From contig JAQGDQ010000068.1 of the NCBI GenBank assembly GCA_030141605.1, positions 372,001 to 436,000 of the forward strand: a stretch of DNA of 64,000 nucleotides. Reading direction: 5' to 3'. The stretch comes from Tubiluchus corallicola. Its lineage: Eukaryota; Animalia; Priapulida. Under the pieces are notes generated by a model. That model saw nothing but the letters and a program-made list of their open reading frames with translations, was not told the origin of the DNA and did not search any database. Each line of letters starts with the position of its first letter. The stretch's first letter is position 1. The position numbers and the translations under genes are program-made. Of this stretch, positions 62,062 through 64,000 are shown piece after piece.

Positions 62062-63519
62062 CCTTACCTTAGACCTTAGTCCTTCCTGCGCATTGATGCA
62101 CATTGGGCAGACAGCATTTTCCACTGAGTTCTATCGGCGGCTTCGTTCTCTACGTTTTCCCAACGTATGTTGACAGCTCGAAGGTCTTCTTTGAAGGATC
62201 TGCGCCACGTTGTTTTTGGCCGACCTCTTTTTCGTTTCCCACCAGGTGGTTCCCACTGTACTGCTGTTTTGGCGTAACGACTTTCTGATAGACGGAGAAT
62301 ATGTCCAGCCAGTTTCATTCTTCTCTCTGTAACTATATCTTGTAACCGCAATGACTGCGCTCGTTGAAGAACTTCTACATTGGTGACATGGTCGCGGTAG
62401 GAGATTTTTAGTATCTTTCGAAGGCATTTTTGGTGGAAGACGTTCAGTTTCTTTGATAACTCCGCTGTGACTTTCCAGGTTTCGCTGGCATAGAGAGCCG
62501 TTGGCAGCACAATGGCGTTGTACAGACGAAGTTTGATTTTCATGTCAATTTTCTTGCTTGTCCAGATTTTTCCCATCTTCCTAAATACTGCTGTTGCTTT
62601 GCCGATTCTCCCCCTGATGTCATTTTCTGTACCTCCATTACAGGTCATCACACTGCCCAGATATGAAAAACTGGTAACGTTCTTAACCATTTGGCCTCCC
62701 ACTGTTATATGTACATCATTCTGTTGGTTTGTCCACACTTTCAAAACTTTGGTCTTTTCTTGACTAATTCTCAATCCAATTTTTCCCGCTACTTCTTCCA
62801 TACTTGTGGTCAGTTGTTGCAGGCTTTCTTTTGATGTTTCCAGAAGAGCTATATCGTCAGCAAAGTCCAGATCTGCCAATCGTTGTTGTTGTTTCCATTG
62901 CATTCCTAGATCTTTACCATCAACCGCCTTCTTCATGATGAAATCAATCGTCAGTAGGAACAGGAATGGCGACATAATGCAACCCTGCTTAACTCCAGTT
63001 TCGATGGTGAAATACTCGGTGTTTCCCTCTTGTGTTCTTATACAACAGCCGCTGTTTTGGTAAAAGTTCTGGATGGTTGAAATGAATTTCTGTGGGATAC
63101 CATACAGAGAAGCAATTTTCCATAGAGACTGCCTGTGAACAGAGTCAAAAGCCTTCTTGAAATCAATAAAATTGATTAATAAGGGCTGTTGGAATTCCAT
63201 ACATTGCTCAATGATGTTTCTGAGAGTGAATATCTGTTCACAGCATGATCTTCCTTTTCTAAATCCAGCTTGTTGTTCTCTTAGTCTTATATCAACAGCA
63301 TCTCTCAACCGATCTAGCAGCACTATACTCAGGACTTTTCCAGGTATTGACATCAGAGTTATTCCTCTCCAATTATTGCAATCTGTCAGGTTCCCTTTTT
63401 TAGGCAACTTCACGATGACTCCATTTCTCCAATCTTCGGGGACCTTTTGTTGTTCCCAGCAGCTGTTCAGGAGCTTTGTCATTGATCGTGTTATCCCTTT
63501 AAGGATTGTTAACGTTTGT
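62062..63519 (-). mobile_element. 5'-truncated non-LTR retrotransposon, RTE clade
   Basis: 10-bp TSD TAACACAAAA (62052-62061 and 63520-63529). Very short 3' UTR of TAAGGT-type repeats directly after the stop. No endonuclease domain is present. Confidence 0.92.
62076..63482 (-). CDS. RTE reverse transcriptase (partial ORF, uninterrupted)
   Basis: Motifs PKKGNLTDCNNWRGITL, QAGFR, FIDFKKAFDSV, GVKQGCIMSP, FADD, FSYLGS and C-terminal GKRKRGRPKTTW. No stops or frameshifts in 468 codons. Confidence 0.93.
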   Translation of the reverse strand: MTKLLNSCWEQQKVPEDWRNGVIVKLPKKGNLTDCNNWRGITLMSIPGKVLSIVLLDRLRDAVDIRLREQQAGFRKGRSCCEQIFTLRNIIEQCMEFQQPLLINFIDFKKAFDSVHRQSLWKIASLYGIPQKFISTIQNFYQNSGCCIRTQEGNTEYFTIETGVKQGCIMSPFLFLLTIDFIMKKAVDGKDLGMQWKQQQRLADLDFADDIALLETSKESLQQLTTSMEEVAGKIGLRISQEKTKVLKVWTNQQNDVHITVGGQMVKNVTSFSYLGSVMTCNGGTENDIRGRIGKATAVFRKMGKIWTSKKIDMKIKLRLYNAIVLPTALYASETWKVTAELSKKLNVFHQKCLRKILKISYRDHVTNVEVLQRAQSLRLQDIVTERRMKLAGHILRLSESRYAKTAVQWEPPGGKRKRGRPKTTWRRSFKEDLRAVNIRWENVENEAADRTQWKMLSAQCASMRRKD

Positions 63520-64000
63520 TAACACAAAAGGCATAACAAAATTGTAACACTGATCCACATTGACCATAATTAACATTCTTCATGGTAATAATAAGAATTC
63601 ACAATAAACTTATGCATTATATCATTACATTCTCAAACTCGGTTTCGCCTTACTTCAAACTAACTAATTAAGTAAACTAATGGATGAAAATTAACTTATT
63701 TATTCATTAAATGATGTATGAATAAATAAATGCCTTTTCACCATGACATTCTGTAAAAGATAGCTGTGGCGGTTTTTCACACTTTTTCTGAAACCGTTAG
63801 CATCACAAATGCTTCGTAACAACAATGAACACTTCTCGTACAATAGCGCAAGTATTTCGTAGAAATGTGATTCTTTGTCCAGGTATAGCAGGCCAAATTA
63901 ACCACTGCCCAGACTAAACCCGGGTAAAGTTTGGCCTGGCCTGAGTATACCCCGGGAGATAAACTGTCATAGTCTATTCTGATGTTATCAGTGCTTAACT

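Overview
AT-rich, microsatellite-rich eukaryotic (invertebrate animal) genomic DNA with spliceosomal introns; the ORF track is mostly spurious. Three host genes, all on the + strand, are well supported. They are the large last coding exon of a KLHL10 orthologue (99-1648), a multi-exon fibrinogen-related (FReD/FBG) gene (core exons 13368-21066), and a single-coding-exon class A GPCR (49503-50663). The FReD gene probably starts at a signal-peptide exon at 4918 that encodes an unrecognised N-terminal region. The rest is a patchwork of mobile DNA: a Buster/Charlie hAT deletion derivative with perfect TIRs and TSD, a young 5'-truncated RTE LINE with TSD, a two-copy CAYAG-ended MITE family, a three-copy (GA)n-anchored element, and a foldback-like element. 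There are also Harbinger, piggyBac and Academ relics, tRNA-derived SINEs, a 17-bp minisatellite and many microsatellites. The most notable oddities cluster in the FReD locus: a possible alternative short secreted isoform or AT-AC intron, a 169-bp near-perfect hairpin, and an almost fully paired tRNA(GTA)-like cloverleaf with a Pol III terminator. I found no convincing evidence of a wholly new multi-gene system. All family assignments rest on motif recognition by eye, with no database searches.
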